A DNA stretch of 64,000 nt, from contig ONRD01000004.1 of NCBI GenBank assembly GCA_900320185.1, positions 11,234 to 75,233 on the forward strand, read 5' to 3'. This stretch comes from an uncultured Bacteroidales bacterium (GTDB lineage Bacteria; Bacteroidota; Bacteroidia; Bacteroidales; UBA932). A model generated the notes under the pieces. That model was given only the letters and a program-made list of their open reading frames with translations. It ran no database searches and was not told the origin of the DNA. This document shows positions 1 to 10,000 of this stretch, in pieces; the first letter of the stretch is position 1, and every line of letters begins with the position of its first letter. A program made the position numbers and the translations under genes.

Positions 1-1573
1 CAACCTCGCTCCGGCATGCGCCACCAGGTGCACTCCGGACATGGTCGTACGCACCAACTCCATGCGGGTCATCAGGGCCCGCAAGACAATCGCCGAGCTG
101 ATCCTGTCCGACCATCCCAATGACTGCCTCACCTGCCCCAAATGCGGGGAATGCGAGCTTCAGGCCCTCATCACCCGCCTGAACATCACAGAGATGCCCT
201 TCAAGGGCGGGGAACTCTCGCAGCGGAAGAAGGAACTCACCCCTTCCATCACCAGGAACATGGACAAGTGCATATTCTGCCGTCGCTGCGAAAGCGTGTG
301 CAACAATGTCCAGACAGTCGGAGCCCTCGGCGCAGTCCGCCGCGGATTCAACACCACCATCGCTCCGACCTTCGACAAGATGGTGAAGGACACCAACTGC
401 ACCTACTGCGGACAGTGTGTGGCAGCCTGTCCTACCGGTGCCTTGACCGAGCGCGACTACACCGACCGCCTCATGGACGACCTCTGCGATCCTGACAAGG
501 TGGTCATCGCCCAGCCCGCCCCTGCGGTAAGGGCAGCCCTCGGGGAAGAGTTCGGCATGGCTCCCGGAACACTGGTTACCGGGAAACTCGCCACCGCACT
601 CCGCGAACTGGGATTCGACTATGTGTTCGACACCGACTTCGGAGCCGACATGACAATAATGGAGGAAGGTGCGGAGATCATAGACCGCCTGAAGAGACAT
701 CTTGCCGGCGACACGACGGTCAAGCTCCCCATCATGACCTCCTGCTGCCCTGCATGGGTCAACTTCTATGAGCATGAGTATCCCGACCTCCTCGACTACC
801 CTTCCACCTCAAGGTCGCCCCAGCAGATGTTCGGGGCAATCGCCAAGAGCTACTGGGCTGAGAAGATGGGCATCCCGCGCGAGAAAATCGTAGTCGTCTC
901 GATAATGCCTTGCCTTGCCAAGAAGTACGAGTGCGAAAGGCCCGAACTCAAGCATGAAGGCAAACCGGACGTGGACTACTCCATCTCCACCAGGGAGCTT
1001 GCCAGGATAATCAAGAGGGCCAACATCGGATTCGCCAACCTTCCGGACAGCGATTTCGACAACCCGATGGGTGAATCAACTGGAGCCAGCGTGATCTTCG
1101 GTACGACCGGCGGAGTTCTCGAAGCCGCCCTCCGTACAGTATACGAAGTGTTCACGGGCAAGACGCTTCCCAAAGTCGACTTCAACGAGGTGCGCGGCCT
1201 TGAAGGGATAAGGGAGGCTGTCATCGACATCGACGGATTCCCGCTCAAGGTGGCCATCGCGCACACACTCGGCAACGCACGCAAGCTGATGGACCTCCTC
1301 CGTGCCGGCAAGCTCGACTACCATGTGGTCGAAGTGATGGCATGCCCGGGCGGCTGCATCGGCGGCGGCGGACAGCCTTACCACCACGGACGGATCGAAG
1401 TGCTTCAGGCCCGCCAACAAGCCCTCTACAGGGAGGATGCCAACAAGCCTGTCCGCAAGAGCCACGAGAACAAGGACATACAGAAACTCTACGCGGAGTA
1501 TCTCGGAGCCCCGCTCAGCGAGAAAGCGGAAGAACTTCTCCACACCCACTACACCGACAAGTCAATCAAATAA
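1..1573 (+). CDS. hydA: [FeFe]-hydrogenase catalytic subunit (HydA/HndD-like); 5' end cut by the window edge
   Basis: The frame of ORF 41..1573 stays open back to nt 2 (NLAPACATRCTPD precedes the listed Met). It carries the H-cluster motifs TSCCPAW, MPCLAKKYE and EVMACPGGCIGGGGQP, plus two ferredoxin motifs (CIFCRRCESVC, CTYCGQCVAACP). Confidence 0.9.
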   Translation, partial: NLAPACATRCTPDMVVRTNSMRVIRARKTIAELILSDHPNDCLTCPKCGECELQALITRLNITEMPFKGGELSQRKKELTPSITRNMDKCIFCRRCESVCNNVQTVGALGAVRRGFNTTIAPTFDKMVKDTNCTYCGQCVAACPTGALTERDYTDRLMDDLCDPDKVVIAQPAPAVRAALGEEFGMAPGTLVTGKLATALRELGFDYVFDTDFGADMTIMEEGAEIIDRLKRHLAGDTTVKLPIMTSCCPAWVNFYEHEYPDLLDYPSTSRSPQQMFGAIAKSYWAEKMGIPREKIVVVSIMPCLAKKYECERPELKHEGKPDVDYSISTRELARIIKRANIGFANLPDSDFDNPMGESTGASVIFGTTGGVLEAALRTVYEVFTGKTLPKVDFNEVRGLEGIREAVIDIDGFPLKVAIAHTLGNARKLMDLLRAGKLDYHVVEVMACPGGCIGGGGQPYHHGRIEVLQARQQALYREDANKPVRKSHENKDIQKLYAEYLGAPLSEKAEELLHTHYTDKSIK

Positions 1574-1587
1574 CCTGGTAAACATTA

Positions 1588-2073
1588 TTGGATATGGCAG
1601 AAATCAAACTTGCCTGCGAAGTTGTCAAGCAGGTCGAAGACATTTGCGAAAAGCACGGTAACAAGCCAGGCGAACTGATCAACATTCTCCACGAATGCCA
1701 GGGACTGCACGGCTATCTCCCCGAATCAATGCAGAGGGTCATAGCCCGCAAGCTGGGGATTCCCCCGGCACAGGTCTACGGCGTCGTGACCTTCTACTCA
1801 TTCTTCACGATGACCCCGAAGGGGCGCCATCCGATTTCCGTATGCCTCGGTACGGCATGCTACGTGCGAGGTTCCGAACAGATCCTCGAGGAAATCAAGA
1901 GGGTGCTTGGCATCGAGGTCGGGGAAACCACTCCTGACGGGAAATTCTCGCTGGACTGCCTGCGCTGCGTTGGCGCATGCGGACTGGCCCCCGTGATGAT
2001 GATAGGCGAGAAAGTCTACGGGCGCATGGAGCCCAAGAACATAAGAAAAATCCTCGAGGAAGTCGAGGATTGA
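1588..2073 (+). CDS. NuoE/HndA-like thioredoxin-fold [2Fe-2S] subunit associated with the hydrogenase
   Basis: 161 aa, starting 14 nt after hydA. It has a NuoE-type Cys pattern (SVCLGTACYVRG ... CLRCVGACGLAPVMMI). Confidence 0.8.
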   Translation: MDMAEIKLACEVVKQVEDICEKHGNKPGELINILHECQGLHGYLPESMQRVIARKLGIPPAQVYGVVTFYSFFTMTPKGRHPISVCLGTACYVRGSEQILEEIKRVLGIEVGETTPDGKFSLDCLRCVGACGLAPVMMIGEKVYGRMEPKNIRKILEEVED

Positions 2074-2098
2074 TCTTAGGTGAGTATGATACTTAGGA

Positions 2099-2836
2099 TC
2101 AGAAGCCTAACCTCAGGCCGAAGGTCCAACGTTCGAGAGACGGTCCGGGTTCAGGGAACTGACGGACCGTTTCCGGCATATACTTGACGAAGATTCCAAG
2201 CCCGTCGTAGGAGAGGGCCCCGATGAAATCATAGCCCCAACGGTTCACGTTGGCTCCCTTGGTGTGGGTGATCGTCCGCGTGTTGCCGTCCAGGAGACTG
2301 GTATGGACAGACGCATTGAGGTTGAGGATGGCTTCAGCCCCGGCCAGGAACTCCCACTTGCCGGCATAGATCCTGAGCGTTGCAGGGAACAGGAAAGACG
2401 TGGTGGTGATGCGGGAAACCCTGTCCTTGGATTTAGTCTCATCGGCAGTCATGTCACGGGCGACGATGTTGTTGGCATTGTCCAGGTCGAACCTCCTGTC
2501 CTTTGACCTGTAGTAGTCCCATGCTATGTCAGCGCCGACATTGAGGCTGAACCAGGATACCGGACGCAGGTAGGCGTTGAAAAGTGCAAAGTCGATCTGG
2601 CCGGAACGAAGGCCGCTGGTAGTGAATGCATCGGACTTGAGGGAGTGGAAACCGAGGTTCAACGCTCCGACAGCTTCGAAATCGGCTTTCTTGAAGACCC
2701 CGTAGGCTGGAACTTCCTTCGACCTCCTTGAAGGGAGGTTCTCGATGTCCGAGAGCAGGTCGGAACCTTGGTTCTGGGCAAAGACGAAATTCAGCGACAT
2801 CACAAGCGCCGCAACGATGGTAATAGTTCTTCTCAT
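2099..2836 (-). CDS. outer-membrane beta-barrel (porin-family) protein
   Basis: 245 aa with signal peptide MRRTITIVAALVMSLNFVFAQ. The sequence has alternating beta-strand-like stretches and a C-terminal aromatic residue (..GLRLGF). Confidence 0.6.
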   Translation of the reverse strand: MRRTITIVAALVMSLNFVFAQNQGSDLLSDIENLPSRRSKEVPAYGVFKKADFEAVGALNLGFHSLKSDAFTTSGLRSGQIDFALFNAYLRPVSWFSLNVGADIAWDYYRSKDRRFDLDNANNIVARDMTADETKSKDRVSRITTTSFLFPATLRIYAGKWEFLAGAEAILNLNASVHTSLLDGNTRTITHTKGANVNRWGYDFIGALSYDGLGIFVKYMPETVRQFPEPGPSLERWTFGLRLGF

Positions 2837-2850
2837 TGTATCGTAGGTTT

Positions 2851-4521
2851 TTATTGTTTGCGTGTTCCAGTTCCTTCAATCCTGATGTACGGAAGACGGG
2901 CCACCATGGTGAAACCCGGGGGAAGCACCTCGCGGACCCTCACGATCGGATCTGACTTGTCGGAGGTTTTCCTTGACCTCAGATCCTCGAGGAAACTCTT
3001 CTTCGCCGGGTAGGCGACAATCCTGTACTTGGTGATTCCGGCCTTGGAGGCTGCATAACGGACGGCATCCATCAAGATGCCGGTTTCATCCGCGAGTCCG
3101 ATCCCGAGAGCGTCCTTCCCCGCCCAGACACGTCCCTGGGCAATGGAATCCACGGACTCACGGCTCATTCCGCGTCCCTCTCCGACGACCCCGACAAAAG
3201 TGTCGTAGATGTTGTCGATGGACTTCTGGTACCACTCGACTTCCTTCTCGTCCATGGGGCGGAAGCCGCTTCCAAGGTCGCTGTGGGCATTGGTCCCGAC
3301 AGAATATGCATTGATGTGAAGCAGCTTCTTCAGGGCACCACCGTAGACAATCGACTGGCCGAACACGCCGATCGAACCGGTGAGGGTCGAATTGTCCACG
3401 AATATCCTGTCGGCACCTGCGGAGATCAGGTAGCCGCCTGAAGCTGCATAGTCCCCGTAGCTGGCGATGACAGGTTTATGTTTCCTGAGGAGCTCTATCT
3501 CCCTGCGGATCATGTCGGCGGCGACGACCTCCCCTCCGGGAGAGTTGACCCTCAGGACGACAGCCTTGACCGAAGAGTCGGCCCTGACACGGGCGATCTC
3601 GCTGGAGAACTTCTCTCCTGCGATACCGCTGCCGGACCTTACGATTTCGCCTTCGGCATAGATTACGGCAACCTTGTCCGAACCGTTATCCTTCAGCTTC
3701 TTCACGTAATCCGACATGGATACCTTCTTGACGACTGACAGCTCCGACTCACCGAAAAGATGCGACAGGTAAGCCTGCATCTCGTCCCTGTACTTGAGAC
3801 CATCGACAAGCCCATGGTCTAGCCAGTCCTGGGAGCCATTCAGTTCCAGCCCGTCCACGATCTGGCGCACGTTCTCCTCCTCCAGACCCCGGCTGGCCGC
3901 TATCGAACCCACGACCGGATTCCAGATCGACGAAAGGAGCACCTCGTACTGTTCCCTGTTCTCCGGGCTGATCTCGCTCCGGATGTACGGTTCTCCAGCG
4001 GACTTGTAGCTCCCGTGACGGATTAGCTGGACCTCGACCCCGAGGGTATCAAGCAGGTCCTTGTAATACAAAAGGTTCGAAGAAAGGCCGTTCAGGGTGC
4101 CGCTCGAGCCGGGATGCATGAACACCCTGTCGGCAACGGACCCGAGATAGTAGGATGCGTTGCTGAATGAGACTCCGTAGCAGACCACGGGCTTGCCCTT
4201 CTGCCTGAACCTTGCGAGGGATTCACGTATTTCCTCACAGGTGCTCAGGGATGCGGACATCTTGTCAGGACGGAAGAAGACCATCGCGATCTCGGGGTCT
4301 TCGGCGGCCTTCTCCAAGGCCCGCTCTACAGAGAGGAGCGACACGGATGATTTGGTGTCCAGTCCCCCGAGCAAGGAAAAATCGAAAGAGGAACCACCTC
4401 TTTCGGTTATCGAGATTCCGTTATCGAAGTAAAGGATTTTCCCCTTAAGGTAGCCCTGGGCGGGAAGAATGGTACTGACTGACAGGAAAGCCGCCGCAAG
4501 GAGCAGATTGAGATGCTTCAT
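2851..4521 (-). CDS. sppA: signal peptide peptidase SppA, 67K type
   Basis: 556 aa with a signal peptide and two ClpP/crotonase-like halves (..YAEGEIV..VLRVNSPGGEV..ASGGYLISAGADRIF..GSIGV..). Length and layout fit Bacteroidales SppA. Confidence 0.85.
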   Translation of the reverse strand: MKHLNLLLAAAFLSVSTILPAQGYLKGKILYFDNGISITERGGSSFDFSLLGGLDTKSSVSLLSVERALEKAAEDPEIAMVFFRPDKMSASLSTCEEIRESLARFRQKGKPVVCYGVSFSNASYYLGSVADRVFMHPGSSGTLNGLSSNLLYYKDLLDTLGVEVQLIRHGSYKSAGEPYIRSEISPENREQYEVLLSSIWNPVVGSIAASRGLEEENVRQIVDGLELNGSQDWLDHGLVDGLKYRDEMQAYLSHLFGESELSVVKKVSMSDYVKKLKDNGSDKVAVIYAEGEIVRSGSGIAGEKFSSEIARVRADSSVKAVVLRVNSPGGEVVAADMIRREIELLRKHKPVIASYGDYAASGGYLISAGADRIFVDNSTLTGSIGVFGQSIVYGGALKKLLHINAYSVGTNAHSDLGSGFRPMDEKEVEWYQKSIDNIYDTFVGVVGEGRGMSRESVDSIAQGRVWAGKDALGIGLADETGILMDAVRYAASKAGITKYRIVAYPAKKSFLEDLRSRKTSDKSDPIVRVREVLPPGFTMVARLPYIRIEGTGTRKQ

Positions 4522-5657
4522 TTACGTTTGATGGAATGTTACTCCCAAAAGTAACAAAAAAAAATCAATTCGCAACATCTTCAGGTATGGCAACCTTCGG
4601 GAGGATCCCCTTGAGGAAGTCATCGGGACACCCTGTTCCCTGGCGGATTCAACCCTGGCAAGCAAATGCCTTCTAGAGAAGACGCAGCCGCCGCAGTGGA
4701 TGACCAGGGCATATGGCCCCAGGTCCGCCGGAAAGTCCCTGCCGGACACGATATCGAAAGAAAGGATGCTGTCCCGGGGACGATCCGGATACCTCTCACC
4801 AAGGTACTTGCGGAGCAGGTTCGGAATCTTTACCCGCCCGATGTCCTCACCCAGGGGGACATGGGAGCATGATTCGGCAATCAGGACACTGTCCCCCGGG
4901 ACGAGCCTTCCGATGGCGGAAGCACTCTTTACGAAGTAATTAATGTCGCCCTTGTAGGCCGCCATCAGCACGGAGAACGAAGTCAGACGCGTCCCTGACG
5001 GGACCATGGGGGCGACCGCAGCGAAGACCGAAGAATCGACGATCACCAGGTCCGGCTTCCGGGACAATAGTCCTGTGGCATGACCAGCACCACCAGGTCT
5101 CCCCTGCCCGCCAGGCCGCCCAGCAGGCTCCGGGCGCCGAAGTCCTTGGGCACTTTCTCAAGCAATGCGGAAAACAGCTGCCGGATACCGTCTCCGGTGA
5201 CGGCGCTTACCGGCAGAGGCGAGGTCCCGAGGCTCGCTGCCACCTCACCGGCCCTGGAAGCAGGATCCTCCAGCAAGTCCGACTTCCCGAGCACGGCCAC
5301 GAAAGGTTTTCCAGACCGCTCAAGGTCCTTCGCCAGGGCTTGTTCGAGAGGGAGGGCCTCCGGTGAGCTGCTGCAGACCAGGACCACGATATCGGCCCCT
5401 GCGATCCTGTCGCGAGCCTTCTCAAGCCGTGACTGTCCGAGGACTCCGGAATCGTCCAGGCCGGCGGTGTCGGTGAGGATGCACGGGCCGAGCCCCGGAA
5501 TCTCTACAGCCTTGGCCACCGGGTCGGTGGTAGTACCGGGGACATCCGAGACTATGGACACCTGCTGCCCTGCCATCGCATTGACCAGGGACGACTTGCC
5601 GGCATTGCGACAGCCGGCGAAAACTATGTGCAACCTTTCGGACTGTGGAGTATCCAT
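4522..5657 (-). pseudogene. hydF: [FeFe]-hydrogenase maturation GTPase HydF, disrupted by an internal deletion/frameshift and a C-terminal frameshift
   Basis: The GTPase half is ORF 5043..5657 (GCRNAGKSSLVN, DTAG). The cluster-binding half is ORF 4522..5067 (ESCSH..IHCGGC), in another frame and overlapping by 25 nt. The conserved segment around PKGRLILPQ is absent from all three minus-strand frames. After ..GVPMT (about 4617-4622) a different frame reads DFLKGILPKVAIPEDVAN-stop, with the stop at 4564..4566. Confidence 0.65.
4546..4553 (-). promoter_or_regulatory. candidate Bacteroidota -7 box TACTTTTG for sppA
   Basis: An exact TAnnTTTG match on the minus strand, 24 nt upstream of the sppA ATG (4521), in an A/T-rich stretch. 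No good -33 TTTG was found at canonical spacing. Confidence 0.4.
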
Positions 5658-5667
5658 GGGCAGTGAC

Positions 5668-7086
5668 CTAGAACCTGAAATCCCTTTCGCCGACGGCTAT
5701 CCTGTCCAGGTAGGACAAGGCCCGTGTCCGCACGGGCTCCGGTACCTTCTCCATCTCCTTGCGGATGAGAGCCTGCCCGGCCGACCGCGTCTGCGGTGAT
5801 GCATAATCCATAAGGTATTCCTCAAGGGTGAGAAGGGCGTTCGGCGTGCAGCAGTGATGGATCTTCCCGGCCTTGACGAGGCTCATGAAGCGGTCGCCGG
5901 TACGTCCCTCCCGGTAGCATGCAGTGCAGAATGAAGGAATATGGTCCATCCCGATCAGCCAGTCCACGACCTCGTCCAGGGAACGAAGGTCATGGACATC
6001 GAACTGGGCGGTCTCGTCATGGCGTTCCGGAGTGGTGTAGCCGCCGACGGAAGTCCTCGAGCCGCCTGAAATCTGGGATATTCCGAGTCCCAGGACCTTC
6101 TCGCGGACCTTCCTGGACTCGCGGGTGGAGATGATCATCCCGGTGTAGGGAGCGGCGATCCTGATGATCGCGACGATCTTGCAGAATATGTCATCGGGCA
6201 GGACGTTCGGGAAGTCCGAGAGGTCGATGTCGTCCGCCGGGCACAGCCTAGGAACGCTGATGGTATGGGGACCTACCCCGAAACGGGCCTCCAGGTGCTC
6301 GGCGTGCATCAGCTGGCCGACCAGTTCGTAGCGGTAGTTGTTCAGGCCGTAGAGGACGCCGCAGCCGACGTCGTCGCAGCCTCCTTCCTGGGCACGGTCC
6401 ATCGCCTCGGTGTGGTAGCAGTAGTCGCTCTTCGGGCCGGTGGGATGCAGGGCCTCGTAGTTCTTCCGGTCGTAGGTTTCCTGGAAGAGGATGTAGGTAC
6501 CTATTCCGGCACCGTGAAGACGCCTGTAATTCTCCACGGTAGTCGCTGCTATGTTGACGTTCACGCGTCGTATGGAGCCGTTGCCGCTCTTGGTGGAATA
6601 GATCGTCTTTATGGACTCGAGAATGTATTCAAGCGGATTGTGGACCGGGTCCTCCCCCGCCTCGACGGCCAGCCTCTTGTGTCCCATGTCCTCCAGGGCA
6701 CGGACCTCGGCAGCGATCTCCTCCTGGCTGAGCTTCCGGCGCGGAATCGTGCGGTTCTTGCCATGGTAAGGGCAGTAGACACAGCCATTGACGCAGTAAT
6801 TGGAAAGGTACAGGGGGGCGAAGAGCACTATCCTGTTACCATAAAATGCCTCCTTGATTTCCCTGGCCAGCGAGAAAAGACGCTGGTTCATTTCCGGGAT
6901 GTCGCAGTCCAGGAGGACCGCAGCCTCTTTATGCGAGAGCCCGTGCAGGGAAGCAGCCTTGTTCAGGATGCCTTCGATGAGGCTCCGGTTGCTTTTGTTC
7001 CTGGAGGCATAATCCAGGCTCTCGCGAATTTCCTCGTCGCAGATGAATTCTTCTGCGTGAGATGATTTAGGGTTGTATGTCGCCAT
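5668..7086 (-). CDS. hydG: [FeFe]-hydrogenase H-cluster radical SAM maturase HydG
   Basis: 472 aa with radical-SAM motif CVNGCVYCPY and a C-terminal cluster motif (FCTACYREGRTGDRF...HHCCTPNA). The length is typical for HydG. The start overlaps the GH2 stop by 20 nt. Confidence 0.9.
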   Translation of the reverse strand: MATYNPKSSHAEEFICDEEIRESLDYASRNKSNRSLIEGILNKAASLHGLSHKEAAVLLDCDIPEMNQRLFSLAREIKEAFYGNRIVLFAPLYLSNYCVNGCVYCPYHGKNRTIPRRKLSQEEIAAEVRALEDMGHKRLAVEAGEDPVHNPLEYILESIKTIYSTKSGNGSIRRVNVNIAATTVENYRRLHGAGIGTYILFQETYDRKNYEALHPTGPKSDYCYHTEAMDRAQEGGCDDVGCGVLYGLNNYRYELVGQLMHAEHLEARFGVGPHTISVPRLCPADDIDLSDFPNVLPDDIFCKIVAIIRIAAPYTGMIISTRESRKVREKVLGLGISQISGGSRTSVGGYTTPERHDETAQFDVHDLRSLDEVVDWLIGMDHIPSFCTACYREGRTGDRFMSLVKAGKIHHCCTPNALLTLEEYLMDYASPQTRSAGQALIRKEMEKVPEPVRTRALSYLDRIAVGERDFRF

Positions 7087-10000
7087 TATTCTTGTTTTGG
7101 AATTTCTTTATCTTCCCTGCCAGCTCGCGGTAGTCGCCGGTATTCTTTCCGTCCTTGAAGTTGCGGAAATAGACATTCTCGGAAAGGATGCTCCCATCCT
7201 TTCCCTCCAGGGTAAGGGTCATCGTGCACGGTCCGTCAGGGACGCCGCTGCAATCTATCGCATCGACGGTCATGTCCTCGCCGAGCGAGACCTCGGCAGC
7301 TGCGGCGAACACCTCCTCGTCCTCAAGGTCCGTCACCGAGATCCTGACCGAAAGGCTGTCCTGCCGGCCGCAGGAAGAGTTGACTACCTGGACCTGCATC
7401 GTGACGGGATTGAACTGGACGTGCAACGGCTCGCAGGCCTTCTTCACACCTTCGAAGGCCCATGTCCTGTCGAAGAAATAGTCGTAAGTCTGCCATGCAA
7501 GGCTTGGCCACGCACTGTGGGACATCCAGATCAACAGGCCCTTGCGGGCAACGTTGTTCGCCTCGTACATAGCCCGGTAGCCTTCATGGTTGATGAACTG
7601 CGCCGCCGAGCAGAACGACTCGGCATCTTTCATCGCTTCCTCGCCGAAACCGTCCCGCACCATCTGCATGAAGGTAGCGTCGCCCTGGGCTCCGGTCATT
7701 GTGAAGTCGTGCTGGCCCCAGACATCGTCATTGGGCCAGAGGTGGTCTTCCCCGACAGTACGGACAAGGCTGGGATACTCCATCATTGCCGGCATTCCCC
7801 TCTCTGTGTGGAATTTACCGGCCGGGATCGAGAAATATGAATCCGGATCCACGGCACGGTACGGTCCGTGACCGGAGACACCTCCCTCCGCGGAATTCGG
7901 GATGTAGAGGATTCCGGGATGTAGTTCTCCCACGGCCCTTGAAAGCCTTGAACCCAGAAGTGCCGGAGGATTGCCCTCGTTCCTGCCGCAGTAAAGCCCT
8001 ATGCAAGGATGGGAGCGGATGCGGGACACGTAGTCGCGGGCATTGTCTTCGAACATGTCGAAGTCGTCGGGATCGGGGCCGTCCGCCGGATTGGCAAGCC
8101 AGAAGTCCTGCCAGACCACTATGCCGTATTTGTCGCAGGCCTGGTAGAAGGCATCGGAACCGGTCTGCCCCACCCAGTTGCGGATCATGTTGAGATTCAT
8201 CTCGCGGTGGAGCGCTACCGCCCTGTCATATTCGGCATCCCCGTAACGCAGGAGGAATTCGCTGAAGCCCCAGTTGCCGCCCTTGGGGAAGAAACGCCTC
8301 CCGTTGATGTAGATCTTCAGGTCCGTCCGGGCCCCTGAATATGTGAACTCGCGTATCCCCGCCTTGTAGGATAGGGTAAGGAGGGTGGAATCGCCCGCCT
8401 CCCTTCCCTCGGGGATGAATGAATAGGTGGCGTCATGAAGGACCGGGTCGCCGTAACCGGCGGGCCACCAAAGGCCGAAAGCACGGTTCCGGAGCTCGGG
8501 GAATTCCCTTGGCGAGAAGACCACCTGCTTCTTTTCTCCCGGCCGGAGAATGACTTCCTTCGAAAAAGAGATGGAGTCCACGGTGCCGAGGATCGTGCCC
8601 TTTACCGTCGAACCGGTCAGGTTCTCAAGGTCGACCGACGGGGTGATGGTAGCCAAAGTATCGGTCACCTTGCTCTGGACCAGCGGATTGGAGACGAGGA
8701 CATCTTCGGATGGGATGAAACGGACATCATTCCATATTCCCACGTCGCGGCCCCTTACCGTCGGGATCCAGTCCCAGCCTACAGTTGCATGGAAGGTTGG
8801 ATTGTCTGCGCCCAGCTCTCCTCCGTTGAAGTCCGGGCTCTGGGAATCCTTTTCCTTCACGGCTCCCGGATGGGCCGGAGGAAGGATCTTGACTGCCAGG
8901 AAGTTCTGCCCGTTTACCGCTAGATCGGTCACGTCGAACCGGGCGCTTCGGAAAGCTCCCGCGATGTCGCCGAGCCTGGTGCCGTTGAGAAAGACTTCCG
9001 CCTTCCAGTTGATGCCGTCGAAACACAGCAGGGTTCGCCTGAGGGTGTCTTTCTGGAGAGGGATCATCCCCCTGTACCAGAACTCGCCGCCGAAGAAGGA
9101 TTCGGAAATCTGCTGCATGTTGTCGGAAAAGGCAGGGTCCGGAACCGCCCCGGCGGCAACGTAGCTCCCGAGGACGGTCCCCGGTACCACGGCAGGAAGC
9201 CAGGAAAGGGAGTTGTAGCCGGGCCTGGAGATATCCTCCCCGCTGCCTTCGACCTTGGACGCACGCTGCACCTGCCAGAAGCTCAAGGCGTCGGTAATGG
9301 CATCACCGGCAGCCTCCCGGTCGCCGTCCAGAAGGAACCTGCCCGCCTGCACGGCCACATCCTTGACCTTGCCGGCAAGGCCGCCCGCATCGGGGACCTG
9401 GAGTCCGATGACCTCGATCTCGCTGACGGCGAAATGACCTGAGGAATCCGCCCCGGACATGTTGAGCCTTACATAACGCCCCTCCCCCTTCTTGACAGGG
9501 GCTATCGAAAGGAGCGAATCACATGGCGGGACGACCATGACCTTTTTCCATTTCGAGCCATCTTCCGACGTCTCGATGTATGAAAGCGCGGCCTTGTGGA
9601 TCCAGTGGACGTTGACCGACACGAACTTGCTAACGGTACCAAGGTCGACCGTGATCCACTGGGGGGAATCGTCCGCACTCATCCAGACGCTGGAGAAATC
9701 CATCGAAGGCAGGACGTTGAAGCCGCGGGAATCCTTGTCGGCATACGGTCCGGTGTCCCTGGACTTCGGAAAATAACCCTTTTGGGAGAAATCCACCGAG
9801 GCTATCTCCCAGAACAGGGCGCTGTCCATCTGGAATTCAACACGGAAACGGCTGAAATCCAAGGCTTCCTTCAGTGGGATTGAAAGTTCCAGCAGCCGTA
9901 CCGGGCACTCCGCCCCACCAGTCTCCTTGTTTGGATCGGAGACCATGACCTTGCCGTAGGGCCGACCGGGCATCCCCCTGCCCTTCAGTTCCCCTACCGT

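Noticed and set aside
4537-4563. A hairpin (GTTAC-TCCCAAAA-GTAAC) next to a run of nine A residues.
   Set aside because: The orientation is wrong for a terminator. On the minus strand the T-run precedes the stem, and on the plus strand only A residues follow it. It is better explained as the A/T-rich promoter region of sppA.
7067-7086. The 20-nt overlap between the GH2 stop and the hydG start, considered as a possible programmed frameshift or fusion.
   Set aside because: Both proteins are complete on their own: the GH2 reading frame reaches its own stop codon, and HydG has a normal N-terminus and length. Such overlaps are common in compact operons.
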